DNA from: Paracoccaceae bacterium
GTDB lineage: Bacteria > Pseudomonadota > Alphaproteobacteria > Rhodobacterales > Rhodobacteraceae
Direction: 5' to 3'
Length of the DNA stretch: 64,000 bases
Assembly: GCA_030066905.1 (NCBI GenBank)
Contig: JASJAR010000008.1
Location: 42,932-106,931, forward strand
Notes under the pieces: model-generated
Database searches by the model: none
Told to the model about the DNA's origin: nothing
What the model saw: only the letters and a program-made list of their open reading frames with translations
Made by a program: the position numbers and the translations under genes
Shown: in pieces, positions 41,990-52,652 of the stretch
Layout: each line of letters starts with the position of its first letter
Position numbering within the stretch: position 1 is the stretch's first letter

Positions 41990-44409
41990 GCGTGGCGAAA
42001 CCGCTGCCGCATGACGCAGCACGGCTCCATGTGACGGGGGCGGCGCGCTATGTCGACGACATTCCGACCCCGGCAGGCACCTTGCATCTGGCTTTCGGGA
42101 CCTCCGAGATCGCCCATGGGCGGATCGTGGCGATGGACCTCAACGCCGTTCGGGCCGCTCCGGGGGTCGCTCTGGTGGTGACGGCCGAGGACTTGCCGTT
42201 CGCCAACGACGTCTCCCCGTCGCCCGCGCCCGAGCCGCTTCTGGCCACGGGCGAGGTGCATTTCATGGGCCAGCCGCTCTTTTTGGTCGTGGCCGAGAGC
42301 CATCTGGCGGCGCGGAAGGCGGCGCGGTTGGCGAAGGTCGAGTACGAGGAACGCCCGGCGATCCTCAGCATCGACGAGGCATTGGCGGCGGGGTCGCGGT
42401 TCGAGGAAGGCCCCCGGGTCTATGCGCGCGGCGATGCCGCAGGGGCGATTGCCAAGGCAGTCCATGTGCTCGAGGGCTCGGTCGAGATCGGCGGGCAGGA
42501 GCATTTCTACCTCGAAGGCCAGGCCGCCCTCGCCTTGCCGCATGAGGGGGGCGATATGGTCGTTCACTCCTCCTCCCAGCATCCCACCGAAATCCAGCAC
42601 AAGGTGGCCGATGCGCTGGGTCTGCCGATGAACGCGGTGCGCTGCGAGGTCAGGCGGATGGGCGGCGGGTTCGGCGGCAAGGAGAGCCAGGGCAATGCGC
42701 TGGCTTGCGCCGCGGCGGTCGCGGCCCGGGCGACCGGGCGGGCCTGCGCGATGCGCTACGACCGCGACGACGACATGGTAATCACCGGCAAGCGCCACGA
42801 TTTCCGCATCGATTACCGGGTCGGGGTGGATGCCGGGGGACGGATCGAGGGGATCGAGTTCGTCCAGCTTTGCCGCTGCGGTTGGAGCATGGATTTGTCC
42901 CTGCCCGTCGCCGACCGGGCGATGCTTCATGCCGACAATGCCTATTATCTCCCAAACGTGCGGATCGAGAGCCACCGGCTTCGGACCAACACCCAGTCGG
43001 CCACGGCATTCCGGGGGTTCGGCGGGCCCCAGGGCATGTTCGGGATGGAGCGGGTGATGGACCATATCGCCCATGCGCTCGGGATGGACCCTGTCGCGCT
43101 TCGGCGGGCGAATTACTATGAGGCGGCCCGGGGAGGGGGCGCTGCCCCCGCGCCTGACGGCGCCCCCCGCGGTATTTCGGCCAAGATGAAGACCGGAGCG
43201 GAGCTTACAAGCCGCGCCGCCGCGCCGGGGACGGGGCGACGGTATGGGGGGGCCTATTCGCCGGAGAATGCCCGGCCGCGGACCCTGACCCCCTATCACA
43301 TGGAGGTGGAGGATTTCATTCTCCATGACCTGACGGAGCGGTTGCTTGCAACGTCGGACTACCGGGCGCGCGCCGAGGCGGTGGCGGCGTTCAATGCCGG
43401 AAATGCGGTGTTGAAAAAGGGGATCGCCTTCAGTCCGGTGAAGTTCGGGATTTCGTTCACGCTCACCCATCTCAATCAGGCGGGTGCCCTCGTCCACGTC
43501 TACCAGGACGGGTCGGTCCACATGAACCACGGCGGCACCGAGATGGGTCAGGGGCTCTTTCAGAAGGTCGCCCAGGTGGCCGCGGCGCGGTTCGGGGTGG
43601 AGGTGGACCGGGTGAAGATCACCGCGACCGATACCGGCAAGGTGCCGAACACGTCTGCGACGGCGGCCTCGTCAGGCTCGGACCTTAACGGGATGGCGGT
43701 GCAGGCGGCCTGCGACACGATCCGCGACCGGCTGGCGGCCTTCGTCGCCGAGGGATACCAGGCCGACCCGGCTACGGTGCGATTCGAGGACGGGAAGGTC
43801 CATGTGGGCGGCGAGGCGCTGGCCTTCGAGGCGGTCGTGAAGGACGCCTATATGAACCGGATCTCGCTCTCGGCCACCGGCTTCTACAAGACCCCGAAGA
43901 TCGTCTGGGACCGGATCAGGGGCGAGGGCCGGCCGTTCTTCTACTTCGCCTATGGGGCGGCGGTGACCGAGGTGGTGATCGACACGCTGACCGGGGAGAA
44001 CCGGATCTTGCGCGCCGACATTCTCCACGATTGCGGGGCGAGCCTGAACCCCGCGCTCGATATCGGCCAGATCGAGGGGGGCTATGTGCAGGGCGCGGGC
44101 TGGCTGACGACGGAGGAACTCGTGTGGGACGGCAAGGGCCGGCTTCGGACCCATGCGCCCTCGACCTACAAGATCCCCGCCTGTTCGGACCGGCCGGACA
44201 TCTTCAACGTGGCACTTTGGGACGGCGCGAACCGGGAGGAGACGGTCTATCGGTCGAAGGCGGTGGGCGAGCCGCCCTTGATGCTGGGGATTTCGGCCTG
44301 GTTGGCGCTGTCGAACGCCTGCGCCGCCGCGGGGCCCGGCTGGCCCGACCTGCAAGCGCCGGCGACACCCGAGGCGGTGCTGGCCGCTGTGACCCGGGCG
44401 CGGGCGTGA
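41986..44409 (+). CDS. xdhB: xanthine dehydrogenase molybdopterin-binding subunit
   Basis: The GTG at 41986 overlaps the xdhA stop and gives [27 protein letters not shown]. Also contains GGGFGGKES and the C-terminal [11 protein letters not shown]. Confidence 0.92.
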   Translation: MSVAKPLPHDAARLHVTGAARYVDDIPTPAGTLHLAFGTSEIAHGRIVAMDLNAVRAAPGVALVVTAEDLPFANDVSPSPAPEPLLATGEVHFMGQPLFLVVAESHLAARKAARLAKVEYEERPAILSIDEALAAGSRFEEGPRVYARGDAAGAIAKAVHVLEGSVEIGGQEHFYLEGQAALALPHEGGDMVVHSSSQHPTEIQHKVADALGLPMNAVRCEVRRMGGGFGGKESQGNALACAAAVAARATGRACAMRYDRDDDMVITGKRHDFRIDYRVGVDAGGRIEGIEFVQLCRCGWSMDLSLPVADRAMLHADNAYYLPNVRIESHRLRTNTQSATAFRGFGGPQGMFGMERVMDHIAHALGMDPVALRRANYYEAARGGGAAPAPDGAPRGISAKMKTGAELTSRAAAPGTGRRYGGAYSPENARPRTLTPYHMEVEDFILHDLTERLLATSDYRARAEAVAAFNAGNAVLKKGIAFSPVKFGISFTLTHLNQAGALVHVYQDGSVHMNHGGTEMGQGLFQKVAQVAAARFGVEVDRVKITATDTGKVPNTSATAASSGSDLNGMAVQAACDTIRDRLAAFVAEGYQADPATVRFEDGKVHVGGEALAFEAVVKDAYMNRISLSATGFYKTPKIVWDRIRGEGRPFFYFAYGAAVTEVVIDTLTGENRILRADILHDCGASLNPALDIGQIEGGYVQGAGWLTTEELVWDGKGRLRTHAPSTYKIPACSDRPDIFNVALWDGANREETVYRSKAVGEPPLMLGISAWLALSNACAAAGPGWPDLQAPATPEAVLAAVTRARA
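43135..43191 (+). repeat. family-2 hairpin repeat embedded in frame in xdhB
   Basis: GGGGGCgctGCCCCC GCGCCtgacGGCGC CCCCCGCGGTATTTCGGCCAAGATGAAG is translated as [19 protein letters not shown]. It is the reverse complement of the intergenic copy at 6525..6588. Confidence 0.6.
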
Positions 44410-45353
44410 GTTTCGACCGCGAGGAGCTGGCGGCGGCCATCGCCCGGCATGGGGCGGTAGCGCGGGTTGTCGTCGCCGATGCCAAGGGCTCCGCACCGCG
44501 CGAGGCGGGAACGGCGATGCTTGTCTGGGCAGAGGGTCAGGAGGGCACGATCGGCGGCGGGGCGCTCGAATGGGAGGCGGCGGCGCGGGCGCGCGACGTG
44601 CTGGGCAGCGGCGAAACCCGGGTCGACCGGCTGGCACTTGGGCCCTCGCTCGGGCAATGCTGCGGTGGTGCGGTGGTGCTTGTCACCGAGGTCTGGGACG
44701 CGCCCCGCCTCGGGGGCCTGACAGAGCCGATCGTCGCGCGGCCCCTGCCCGGCGGGCATCCGGTACGGCCGCTCGGGGTAGCCCGCGCCATTGCCCGGGC
44801 GCGGGACCGGGGGGCTAGGGTCACGACACGGATCGTAGACGACTGGCTCATCGAGCCCGTCGCGGCGCCAGACCGGCGGCTCTGGGTCTGGGGGGCGGGC
44901 CATGTGGGCAGGGCGGTCGTTTCGGCGATGGCGCCCCTGCCCCGGCTCGAAATCACCTGGGTCGATACAGCGCCCGAGCGGTTCCCGGCCCATGTGCCGG
45001 ATGGCGTGGTGGAATTCGTCGCTGCCAGCCCCGGCGACGCGGTGCCGCGGAGCCCGGTCGATGCGGACCATCTCATTCTGACCTATTCCCACGCGCTCGA
45101 TCTCGATCTCTGCCATCGACTTTTGTCCCACGGGTTCCGCAGTGCCGGTCTCATCGGCTCGGGCACCAAATGGGCGCGGTTCCGGGCACGGCTGCGCGCG
45201 CTTGGCCATGCCGAGACGTCGATTGCGCGGATCGCATGCCCGATTGGCGAACCCGGCCTTGGGAAGGCCCCCGCCGCCATCGCCATCGGGGTTGCGGCGG
45301 CGTTTCTGCGCGACGCGGGGGCAGCGACGGCGGTGGGCGAGGAGAGTGCGTGA
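44406..45353 (+). CDS. xdhC: xanthine dehydrogenase accessory protein XdhC
   Basis: The GTG at 44406 overlaps the xdhB stop. Contains GTIGGGALEWEA and WVWGAGHVGRAV. Confidence 0.85.
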   Translation: MSFDREELAAAIARHGAVARVVVADAKGSAPREAGTAMLVWAEGQEGTIGGGALEWEAAARARDVLGSGETRVDRLALGPSLGQCCGGAVVLVTEVWDAPRLGGLTEPIVARPLPGGHPVRPLGVARAIARARDRGARVTTRIVDDWLIEPVAAPDRRLWVWGAGHVGRAVVSAMAPLPRLEITWVDTAPERFPAHVPDGVVEFVAASPGDAVPRSPVDADHLILTYSHALDLDLCHRLLSHGFRSAGLIGSGTKWARFRARLRALGHAETSIARIACPIGEPGLGKAPAAIAIGVAAAFLRDAGAATAVGEESA

Positions 45354-45380
45354 GGGACCGGGAAAGTTCCCGGGCCGTCC

Positions 45381-45562
45381 CGGTTTGGCCTGACGCGGAG
45401 GTTCCTCGGTCCGCGCCGATCTTAAGACCGTCGCGTCCCGGGCCTGACCCGGGATCTCGACAGGCTTGGCACTCCGGGACGTCGGGGGCCCGGATCAGGT
45501 CCCGGGCGTGGGTGGTCGGTTGCCGCAGGCGGCACCGCGGCCCTGTTGAGGCCAAAAGAACG
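45381..45562 (-). repeat. family-1 repeat, copy 7
   Basis: cggtttggcctgacgcggaggttc...cgcGTCCCGGGcctgaCCCGGGAtCTCGAcaggcttggcactccgggacgTCGgGGGCCCGGAtcaggTCCCGGGCgtgg...ttgaggccaaaagaacg. Confidence 0.8.
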
Positions 45563-45607
45563 GTCGCAGGCCTTCACTCGATGCCAGCCCCGCCAGAAGT
45601 GAAGCCC

Positions 45608-45646
45608 GAAAATAACGAAGACCCGCTGCACGAGTTGCGGGCCTTC
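45608..45646 (-). terminator. rho-independent terminator of the Hint-domain gene
   Basis: The minus strand reads GAAGGCCCGCaactcgtgcaGCGGGTCTTC then GTTATTTTC, 26 nt after the stop at 45672. Confidence 0.55.
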
Positions 45647-45671
45647 GCAGGTCTTGAACTTCACCCCTAGC

Positions 45672-46295
45672 TCAGGCGAAATCCGGGCGGTATCGGGCGT
45701 GCTCTGCCATCGGGTAACGGGCGGCCGGATAGGTCTCGGGCCGCTCCTTCAGCGATGGAAAGAGCCGCGTAATGTCGTCGCCCACGTTGCGGTCGATCGC
45801 ATCGAGTGCCGCAGGCGTTGGCCGGAAGCTTTCGACGGGCATGCCGTTGGCGCAGAATACCACATGCTCGTCGAAAACGATGTTGAAATAGGTCACGTCG
45901 CCGGCCTCGCGGACGGTGTGGATCGTGTCGTTCACCCCCGCAAGTTCGCGGGCGGGCAAGAGCGTCATCTCATTGTCGGCCTTGTCTTCGAGCCGCCAGC
46001 CGGGGATCAGCAGACGGTGCCCGGGGGCGACCCGCAGATCCTGCGCCGGCATCATCGGCGCGATGGCCCGGGCGGACAGCCGAACCGGCGCCAGCGAGGG
46101 ATCCGCCGCCAGTTCGGCCGCCGTCACGGTCCGAGAGAAGACCACGCGCACCGGTTGCAGCCCGGCATCACGGGTCACCACAAGATCACCGACGCGGATG
46201 TTTTCGACACGCCTTGCCCCGCACGGGGTTCTCAGGTTCGCGCCGGTGACCAGCCCGACAGGTCCCGCCTTGGTGAATGCGATGTCTTTTGGCAT
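45672..46295 (-). CDS. Hint (Hedgehog/intein-like, Hint_2) domain-containing protein
   Basis: 207 aa. Contains GANLRTPCGARRVENIRVGDLVVTRDAGLQPVRVV...RDLRVAPGHRLL...TYFNIVFDEHVVFCANGMPVESF, the stand-alone Hint_2 layout common in Rhodobacterales. Confidence 0.75.
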   Translation of the reverse strand: MPKDIAFTKAGPVGLVTGANLRTPCGARRVENIRVGDLVVTRDAGLQPVRVVFSRTVTAAELAADPSLAPVRLSARAIAPMMPAQDLRVAPGHRLLIPGWRLEDKADNEMTLLPARELAGVNDTIHTVREAGDVTYFNIVFDEHVVFCANGMPVESFRPTPAALDAIDRNVGDDITRLFPSLKERPETYPAARYPMAEHARYRPDFA

Positions 46296-46634
46296 CTCGT
46301 TCGTCTTCCATCACGGTCCCGCAAGCGCGGGAGCGTTGAAACAATTCCTCCGATGGAGACTAGGGGCAATCTTGTCCGAAATGTGGACGCGGGATGGTTA
46401 AATCGCGGAGGACGGCGAAAAGATGAGGGGATAGTCTTAACAAACTGGAAACATCGGGGCTGTTTGGGCGTCCCGACGCGACAATCTCGGGGGATTTCTG
46501 CCGACTGTCCGCCTGAATTCGGGCTTTTGTCTGATTGCCGTGGCAAGCTCCGGTCACAACCGGAACACCGGCCACGGGATCGCTACAGCGGGCACGCCGC
46601 GGGCGTCCTCGGTGGTGCAGGAACTGGCCCGGGC

Positions 46635-47057
46635 CTACTCTGCCTGAAGCGTCGAGAGATGCTCGACCAACGCCAGAATACGGAACTTGATGTATTCCTC
46701 GCGGGCTTCGAGGCTCGCAAACTCCCCCAGCATCCTGTCGGCCCTGAACTTGTACCGCATTCCCCATGCCGGCATGTCGGTCGTGCCATGCGGGCCGATC
46801 TCGACGGAGTTTTCGATGATCCCGTAGACCCGCGCCACGGGGAAAACGCCGCCGTTTTCGGCCTGAAGCCGGGTGAGGTCGGGCAGCCGGGTGTTGAGGT
46901 ATCCCGCCAGGACCCCGTCGCCCTCGCCGCCGACGCCGTGACAGGCAGCACAGCTCGACACATACTCCGTCTCCCCGAGCGAGGCCTCCTGTGCGACTGC
47001 CGGCACCGCCGCGAACGAGGCCGCGAGCGCGAACCCCAGAGCATTCCAGCCTTGCAT
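46635..47057 (-). CDS. c-type cytochrome (monohaem)
   Basis: ATG at 47057, after GGGGAGGAGA, gives the signal peptide MQGWNALGFALAASFAAVPAVAQE. CAACH is the haem-binding site and DMPAWG the distal Met region. Confidence 0.7.
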   Translation of the reverse strand: MQGWNALGFALAASFAAVPAVAQEASLGETEYVSSCAACHGVGGEGDGVLAGYLNTRLPDLTRLQAENGGVFPVARVYGIIENSVEIGPHGTTDMPAWGMRYKFRADRMLGEFASLEAREEYIKFRILALVEHLSTLQAE

Positions 47058-47155
47058 GGTTCTCCTCCCCTTCCAGACAAACGCTGCGCCAGAAGGATGC
47101 ACCGGGCGCCGCCGCGAAGAGCTGACGGGCGTCAGGAACGGTTGCGCCGTGCGGA

Positions 47156-49654
47156 TTAGCCGTCGATGCGAATCGCGGTGTTGGAGGGGTCGTAAGGGCT
47201 GTCTTCCGTGACGGTCGCGGGCCAGAGCTTGTCCTGCATCTTGACGGTGAGTTTCGTGCCCGGCACGGCCTTGTCCGGCGTGACGTAGCCCATGCCGATG
47301 GACTTGCCGAAGGCCACCGACCAGCCGCCGGAAGTGAGCCGGCCAACCTTCGTGTCGCCGTCATAGAGCGCCTCGCGGCCCCAGGGGTCGGCATCGTCGG
47401 GGCCGTCGATGAGGAAGGTGGCGCATTTGACGCGGAGACCGGTGGCCTCCATCGCGGCCTTGCCGAAAAAGTCCTTCGAGAGGTCGACGAAGCGGTCGAG
47501 GCCGGCTTCAAGCGGTGTGCCGTCGCGGCCGAGCTCGGTGCCGAAGGCGCGGTAGCTTTTCTCCTGGCGGAGCCAGTTCTGCGCCCGCGCACCGACGGGT
47601 TTGAGCCCGTGGGGGGCGCCGGCCTCCATCAACCGGTCCCAGAGGTAGGTCTGCATCTCGATGGGGTGGTGCAGCTCCCAGCCAAGCTCGCCGGTATAGG
47701 CGACGCGCACGGCTTTGACCGGGCACATGCCCAATTCGATGTTGCGCACCGAGAGCCAGGGGAAGCGCTTGTTCGACAGGGCCGTGTCGGGGTTAGCATC
47801 GCGGATGAGAGTGTGAAGTACTTCGCGGGATTTGGGGCCGGCGAGCGCGAAGACGCCCCACTGCGTGGTGACATCCTTTTGGTTGATCCGCCCGAACTCG
47901 TCCTCCTTCTCGGCGATGGCCTCATAGAGATAGTCCTCGTCATAGGCGTGCCAGGCGCCGGCGGAGACAAGGTAGTAATCGTTCTCGGCCTCGCGGACGA
48001 TGGTGTATTCGGTGCGGACGGTGCCGGCGGTTGAGAGCGCATAGGTCAGGTTGATCCGGCCCACTTTGGGCAGCCGGTTGCAGGTGAACCAATTGAGGAA
48101 CGCCGTGGCCCCGGGCCCCGTCAGCCGATGCTTGGCGAAGGCGGTGGCATCGATGAGACCGACACCGGAGCGGATCGCCTCGGCCTCGGCGCGCGCATAC
48201 TCCCACCAGCCGCCCCTGCGGAACGAGCGCGCGTCATGGTCGAAGCTGTCGGGGGCGCCTTTGGGCCCGTAGTAGTTCGGCCGTTCCCAGCCGTTGACCT
48301 GGCCGAACTGGGCGCCCAGCGCCTTCTGCCGGTCATAGGCCGGCGCGGTGCGCAGGGGCCGGCAGGCTTCGCGTTCTTCGTCCGGGTGATGGAGGATGTA
48401 GACGTGCGCGTAGCATTCCTCGTTCTTGCGCGCGGCATATTCGGTGGTCATCCAGGGGCCGTAACGGCGCGGGTCGAGCGAGCCCATATCGATCTCCGCC
48501 TCGCCTTCGGTCATGAGTTGGGCAAGGTAATGCCCGGTGCCGCCGGCGGCCGTGATGCCGAAGGAGAAGCCCTCGGCGAGCCACATGTTCCGGAGGCCCG
48601 GGGCGGGGCCCAGAAGCGGGTTGCCATCAGGGGTGTAGCAGATCGGGCCGTTGTAATCGTCCTTCAGCCCCACGGTCTCCGACGAGGGGATGCGGTGGAT
48701 GAAGGACATGTATTCCTCCTCGATCCGGTCGAGATCGAGCGGAAAGAGGTCGGCGCGGAAACTGTCGGGGACGGTATATTCGAACCGCGCGGGGGCGCCC
48801 TGCTCGTAGGGGCCGAGAATCCAACCGCCGCGTTCTTCGCGGACATACCATTTGGCGTCGGCGTCCCGCAGAACGGGGTGTTCGGGGTTGTCTTTCCGCC
48901 ATTCGACCAAGGCCGGGTCGGGCTCGGTGACGATGTACTGATGCTCGACGGGGATGGCGGGGATCTTGATGCCGAGGAGCCCCGCGGTGCGTTGGGAATG
49001 GTTGCCGGTGGCGGTGACCACATGCTCGGCATGGATTGTGACCTGCTCCTCGGACGGGACGAGATTGCCGCCCTTTTCGACCATCTTCGTCAGCGTCACG
49101 TCCCAATGGGACCCAGTCCAGGCATAGCCATCGACCTGCCAGCGCCGCTCGACGGTCACCCCCCGCGCCCGGGCCCCCTTGGCCATGGCTTGGGTGACAT
49201 CGGCGGGGTTAATGTAACCATCCGTCGGGTGGTAGATCGCACCGATGAGGTCTTCGGTGCGCACCAGCGGGTAGCGGTCTTTTATATCGGCAGGGCTCAG
49301 CCACTCATAGGGTACGCCCACAGTCTCGGCGGTGGAGGCGTAGAGCTGGTATTCGTCCATCCGGGCCTTGCTCTGGGCCATCCGCAGATTGCCGACAACG
49401 AAGAAGCCCGGGTTGAGACCGGTCTCGTCTTCGAGGGTCTTGTAGAACTTGATCGAGTAGTCGTGGATATGGGTCGTCGCGTAGGACATGTTGAAGTAGG
49501 GCAAGAGGCCCGCGGCATGCCAGGTCGAACCCGAAGTCAGCTCGTCGCGCTCGACGAGCATCACATCGTCCCAGCCCGCCTTCGCGAGGTGATAGGCGAT
49601 GGACGTGCCCACCGCGCCGCCGCCGACCACCAGGGCTCGGACATGGGTTTTCAT
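47156..49654 (-). CDS. FAD-dependent dimethylglycine/sarcosine dehydrogenase-like protein (DAO domain fused to GcvT-like folate domain)
   Basis: 832 aa. The N-terminus VVGGGAVGTSIAYHLAK is a dinucleotide fold, and the C-terminal half is aminomethyltransferase-like (RVAYTGELGWELH). Confidence 0.85.
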   Translation of the reverse strand: MKTHVRALVVGGGAVGTSIAYHLAKAGWDDVMLVERDELTSGSTWHAAGLLPYFNMSYATTHIHDYSIKFYKTLEDETGLNPGFFVVGNLRMAQSKARMDEYQLYASTAETVGVPYEWLSPADIKDRYPLVRTEDLIGAIYHPTDGYINPADVTQAMAKGARARGVTVERRWQVDGYAWTGSHWDVTLTKMVEKGGNLVPSEEQVTIHAEHVVTATGNHSQRTAGLLGIKIPAIPVEHQYIVTEPDPALVEWRKDNPEHPVLRDADAKWYVREERGGWILGPYEQGAPARFEYTVPDSFRADLFPLDLDRIEEEYMSFIHRIPSSETVGLKDDYNGPICYTPDGNPLLGPAPGLRNMWLAEGFSFGITAAGGTGHYLAQLMTEGEAEIDMGSLDPRRYGPWMTTEYAARKNEECYAHVYILHHPDEEREACRPLRTAPAYDRQKALGAQFGQVNGWERPNYYGPKGAPDSFDHDARSFRRGGWWEYARAEAEAIRSGVGLIDATAFAKHRLTGPGATAFLNWFTCNRLPKVGRINLTYALSTAGTVRTEYTIVREAENDYYLVSAGAWHAYDEDYLYEAIAEKEDEFGRINQKDVTTQWGVFALAGPKSREVLHTLIRDANPDTALSNKRFPWLSVRNIELGMCPVKAVRVAYTGELGWELHHPIEMQTYLWDRLMEAGAPHGLKPVGARAQNWLRQEKSYRAFGTELGRDGTPLEAGLDRFVDLSKDFFGKAAMEATGLRVKCATFLIDGPDDADPWGREALYDGDTKVGRLTSGGWSVAFGKSIGMGYVTPDKAVPGTKLTVKMQDKLWPATVTEDSPYDPSNTAIRIDG

Positions 49655-49801
49655 GGCGCATTCTCCCCGCGTTCCTCAGCCCGAGTTAAGCGCAATCGGG
49701 CGTGCGCCGCCAAGGCGGGCCGACCCATCGGCCGCCGAATGCGACCTTGCCGGGGGCGGCGCGACGGGCGAGAAGGGGCGCAAACGACGGGGACGAACGG
49801 C

Positions 49802-50659
49802 ATGGAGGTCTGCCGGACCATCGCTGGTTACCGCGCCGTGCTCGCGGGCTACCGCGCGGCGGGCGAGAGCATCGGGCTCGTGACCACGATGGGCGCGCTC
49901 CATCACGGGCATATGGCCCTTGTGGCGGCCGCGAAAGCAGGCAATGACCGGGTGGCGACAACGATCTTCGTGAACCCGACCCAGTTCGGCGCGGCCGCCG
50001 ATCTCGACGCCTATCCCCGCAGCGAGGCGGCCGACATTGAGATGTTCCGGGACGCCGGTGTCGACGCGGTGCTGATCCCTTCTGTCGAGGAGATGTATCC
50101 GCCGGGCGAAGAGACCATCGTCGAGACCACGCGGCTGGCGAACATGCTCCATGGCGCGGTGCGCCCCGGTCATTTCCGGGGGGTGGCGACGGTCGTGGCG
50201 AAGCTTTTCAACATCGCCGGCGCCGACCGGGCCTATTTCGGCGAGAAGGATTATCAGCAGCTTGCCGTCATCCGCCGGATGGTGCGCGATTTGCACTTCC
50301 CGGTGGAGATCGCCGGCGTACCGACCGTGCGCGAGGCAGACGGGCTGGCGATGTCGTCGCGCAACGTGCGGCTTTCGCCGCAGCATCGGCGGGAGGCGAC
50401 GGTGTTGAACCGATGCCTCGACCATGCCGAGATGCTGGCGGCGCGGGGCGGTTCCGCCGAGCACATGTACGGCGATGCCGCCGAGATGATTGGGGAGCAG
50501 ACAAGTGGGACGCTAAAGGCGTTCGATGTCGTCGACCCCGACACGTTCGAGCCCGTGACCGGCTCCGTGACCGGGCCTGCCGCGATAATGATGTCCGTCG
50601 AATTCGGCGAGGGCGACGATGCCGTACTGCTGATCGACCAGAGGGAGATACGCCCATGA
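49802..50659 (+). CDS. panC: pantoate--beta-alanine ligase
   Basis: Tail of ORF 48128..50659. ATG at 49802. Contains [20 protein letters not shown] and GEKDYQQ. Confidence 0.92.
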   Translation: MEVCRTIAGYRAVLAGYRAAGESIGLVTTMGALHHGHMALVAAAKAGNDRVATTIFVNPTQFGAAADLDAYPRSEAADIEMFRDAGVDAVLIPSVEEMYPPGEETIVETTRLANMLHGAVRPGHFRGVATVVAKLFNIAGADRAYFGEKDYQQLAVIRRMVRDLHFPVEIAGVPTVREADGLAMSSRNVRLSPQHRREATVLNRCLDHAEMLAARGGSAEHMYGDAAEMIGEQTSGTLKAFDVVDPDTFEPVTGSVTGPAAIMMSVEFGEGDDAVLLIDQREIRP

Positions 50660-51471
50660 GCACCGAACCCGCAAAGCCCGTCCGCCGGACAACGGTGCCC
50701 CAGATCGCGGCGCGGAAGGGGGGCGACCCGATCGTCTCGCTGACCTCATACCATGCCCACACGGCGGCCATCGTCGACCGGCACGCCGATTTCATCCTCG
50801 TGGGCGACAGTCTCGGGATGGTGATGCACGGGATGGAGACGACCGTGGGCGTGCCGCTGGACCTGATGATCATGCACGGTCGCGCGGTGGTGCGCGGGAC
50901 GAAGAAAGCGCTCATCGTCGTCGATATGCCGTTCGGCACCTATGAGGAAAGTCCCAACATGGCGTTCCGAAACGCCGCCAAGATCATGAAGGAGACAGGC
51001 TGCGGCGCGGTGAAGCTCGAAGGGGGCGCGCGGATGGCCGAGACGATCCATTTCCTCGTCGAGCGCGGTATCCCGGTGATGGCCCATACCGGGCTCACGC
51101 CGCAAAGCTCGCATGTAATGGGGGGGTTCAAGACCCAGGGGCGCGATGAGGAGACCTGGGACGCCCACCGCGACGACGCCCGGGCGGTGGCCGAGGCGGG
51201 GGCCTTCGCGCTCGTGCTCGAAGGCATGGTCGAGCCCCTGGCGGCGAAGATCACCAAGGAGGTTCCGATCCCCACCATCGGCATCGGGGCGAGTGCCGAA
51301 TGCGACGGGCAGATCCTCGTCCTCGAAGACATGCTGGGGCTGAACCCCCGGCCGCCGAAATTCGTCAAGGTCTACGGCGACCTCCTGAACCAGATCGAAA
51401 CGGCGGTGGAGGGCTATGCGCGGGACGTCCGCTCCCGCGCCTTTCCCACCGAGGACGAGGTTTACCGGTGA
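50656..51471 (+). CDS. panB: 3-methyl-2-oxobutanoate hydroxymethyltransferase
   Basis: The ATG at 50656 overlaps the panC stop. Contains [19 protein letters not shown] and GLTPQS. Confidence 0.93.
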   Translation: MSTEPAKPVRRTTVPQIAARKGGDPIVSLTSYHAHTAAIVDRHADFILVGDSLGMVMHGMETTVGVPLDLMIMHGRAVVRGTKKALIVVDMPFGTYEESPNMAFRNAAKIMKETGCGAVKLEGGARMAETIHFLVERGIPVMAHTGLTPQSSHVMGGFKTQGRDEETWDAHRDDARAVAEAGAFALVLEGMVEPLAAKITKEVPIPTIGIGASAECDGQILVLEDMLGLNPRPPKFVKVYGDLLNQIETAVEGYARDVRSRAFPTEDEVYR

Positions 51472-52448
51472 GCGGCGCGGGCTACGGCGCCGAACGGGTC
51501 GCGCTGCGGATCGATGGCGAGGGGCAGGCCCGGCCGGCCGAGGGCGCGGCGGAGAACGCGCCCGGCCCGGGCTATGCGTTCGTCTGGCTACGCCACCGCG
51601 CGGGCGACCCCGAGACCGCCGAAACGCTGCGCGCGATGGGGCTTCCGGGCGTTGCCGCCGAGGCGCTGACCGCTGCCGAGACCTGGCCCCGCTCTACGGT
51701 TCACGGGGCCGGTGTCGTGCTGAACCTCAGGGGCGTGAACCTCAACGCGGGTGCGGACCCCGAGGACATGATCTCTGCCCGGCTCTGGATCGAGGAGGCC
51801 CGCGTGGTCGGCGTCTGGCTCAGGCCCCTGATGGCGGTGAGCGATCTCTTCGACGCCATCGAACGGGGCCAGGGTCCGGTGAGCCCGGGCGACCTCGTGG
51901 CGAAACTGGCGCTCAGGCTCGCCGACCGGGCCGAGCCGACGGTGGCCAAACTCAACGAGCGGATCGACGCTCTGGAGGAGAAGATTATCGACGACGCGCG
52001 CACCGTGGCGCGCTCGGAACTCGCCGCGATCCGCCAGCAATCGATCGCGCTCCGCCGCTACATGTTCCCCCAACGCGACGCCCTGAGTACGCTTCAGATC
52101 GAGGACCTGGCTTGGCTCGGCGAGCGCGACCGGGGACGGCTGAGGGAGGCCGCCGACCGGGTAACGCGCCTTTGCGAAGACCTCGACGCGCTCCGCGACA
52201 GGGCGCAGATCGTCCAGGACCAGCTGGCCGACCAACGCTCGGAGACGATGAACACCAACATGATGGTGCTCTCGTTGGTCGCCGCGATCTTCCTGCCCTT
52301 GGGGCTCCTGACGGGGCTTCTGGGTATCAACGTGGCGGGCATTCCGGGGACGGAGAACCCTTGGGCGTTCTGGATCGTGGGCCTTCTGCTGGCGGTGCTG
52401 GTGGCGGAGCAAGTGGTGCTCTTCCGGCGGTATCGGATTATCGGGTGA
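51468..52448 (+). CDS. CorA-superfamily divalent metal transporter (ZntB-like)
   Basis: The GTG at 51468 overlaps the panB stop. The C-terminus has two TMs around [11 protein letters not shown] (a GxN motif). Confidence 0.7.
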   Translation: MSGAGYGAERVALRIDGEGQARPAEGAAENAPGPGYAFVWLRHRAGDPETAETLRAMGLPGVAAEALTAAETWPRSTVHGAGVVLNLRGVNLNAGADPEDMISARLWIEEARVVGVWLRPLMAVSDLFDAIERGQGPVSPGDLVAKLALRLADRAEPTVAKLNERIDALEEKIIDDARTVARSELAAIRQQSIALRRYMFPQRDALSTLQIEDLAWLGERDRGRLREAADRVTRLCEDLDALRDRAQIVQDQLADQRSETMNTNMMVLSLVAAIFLPLGLLTGLLGINVAGIPGTENPWAFWIVGLLLAVLVAEQVVLFRRYRIIG

Positions 52449-52492
52449 GGGGAGCGTCCTGGGGCCGCACACCCCGGCCGTCGTCCGATCTT

Positions 52493-52652
52493 GGCCTTTT
52501 GCCCACGCTGGCCGAACCCGGCGACATGCGCCCCGGACGTGATCCGGGGCCTCGATTGGCTTGGCACTCCGGTGGGTCGGGGCCCCGGATCACGTCCGGG
52601 GCGTGTATCGCTAGGGCTTTGGAACGCGCAGAATGAACGTCGGCCCAAGGCC
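52493..52652. repeat. family-1 repeat, copy 8 (symmetrised variant: both hairpins CCCCGGAygtgaTCCGGGG type)
   Basis: gcGCCCCGGAcgtgaTCCGGGGCCTCGATtggcttggcactccggtgggTCGGGGCCCCGGAtcacgTCCGGGGCgtg...gcgcagaatgaacgtcggcccaaggcc. Confidence 0.75.

Noticed and set aside
43200-43280. Second, tandem copy of the family-2 repeat in xdhB.
   Set aside because: There is only loose similarity (cggtat..., ttcgccggagaatg). It is kept as a remark inside the xdhB finding rather than as a feature.
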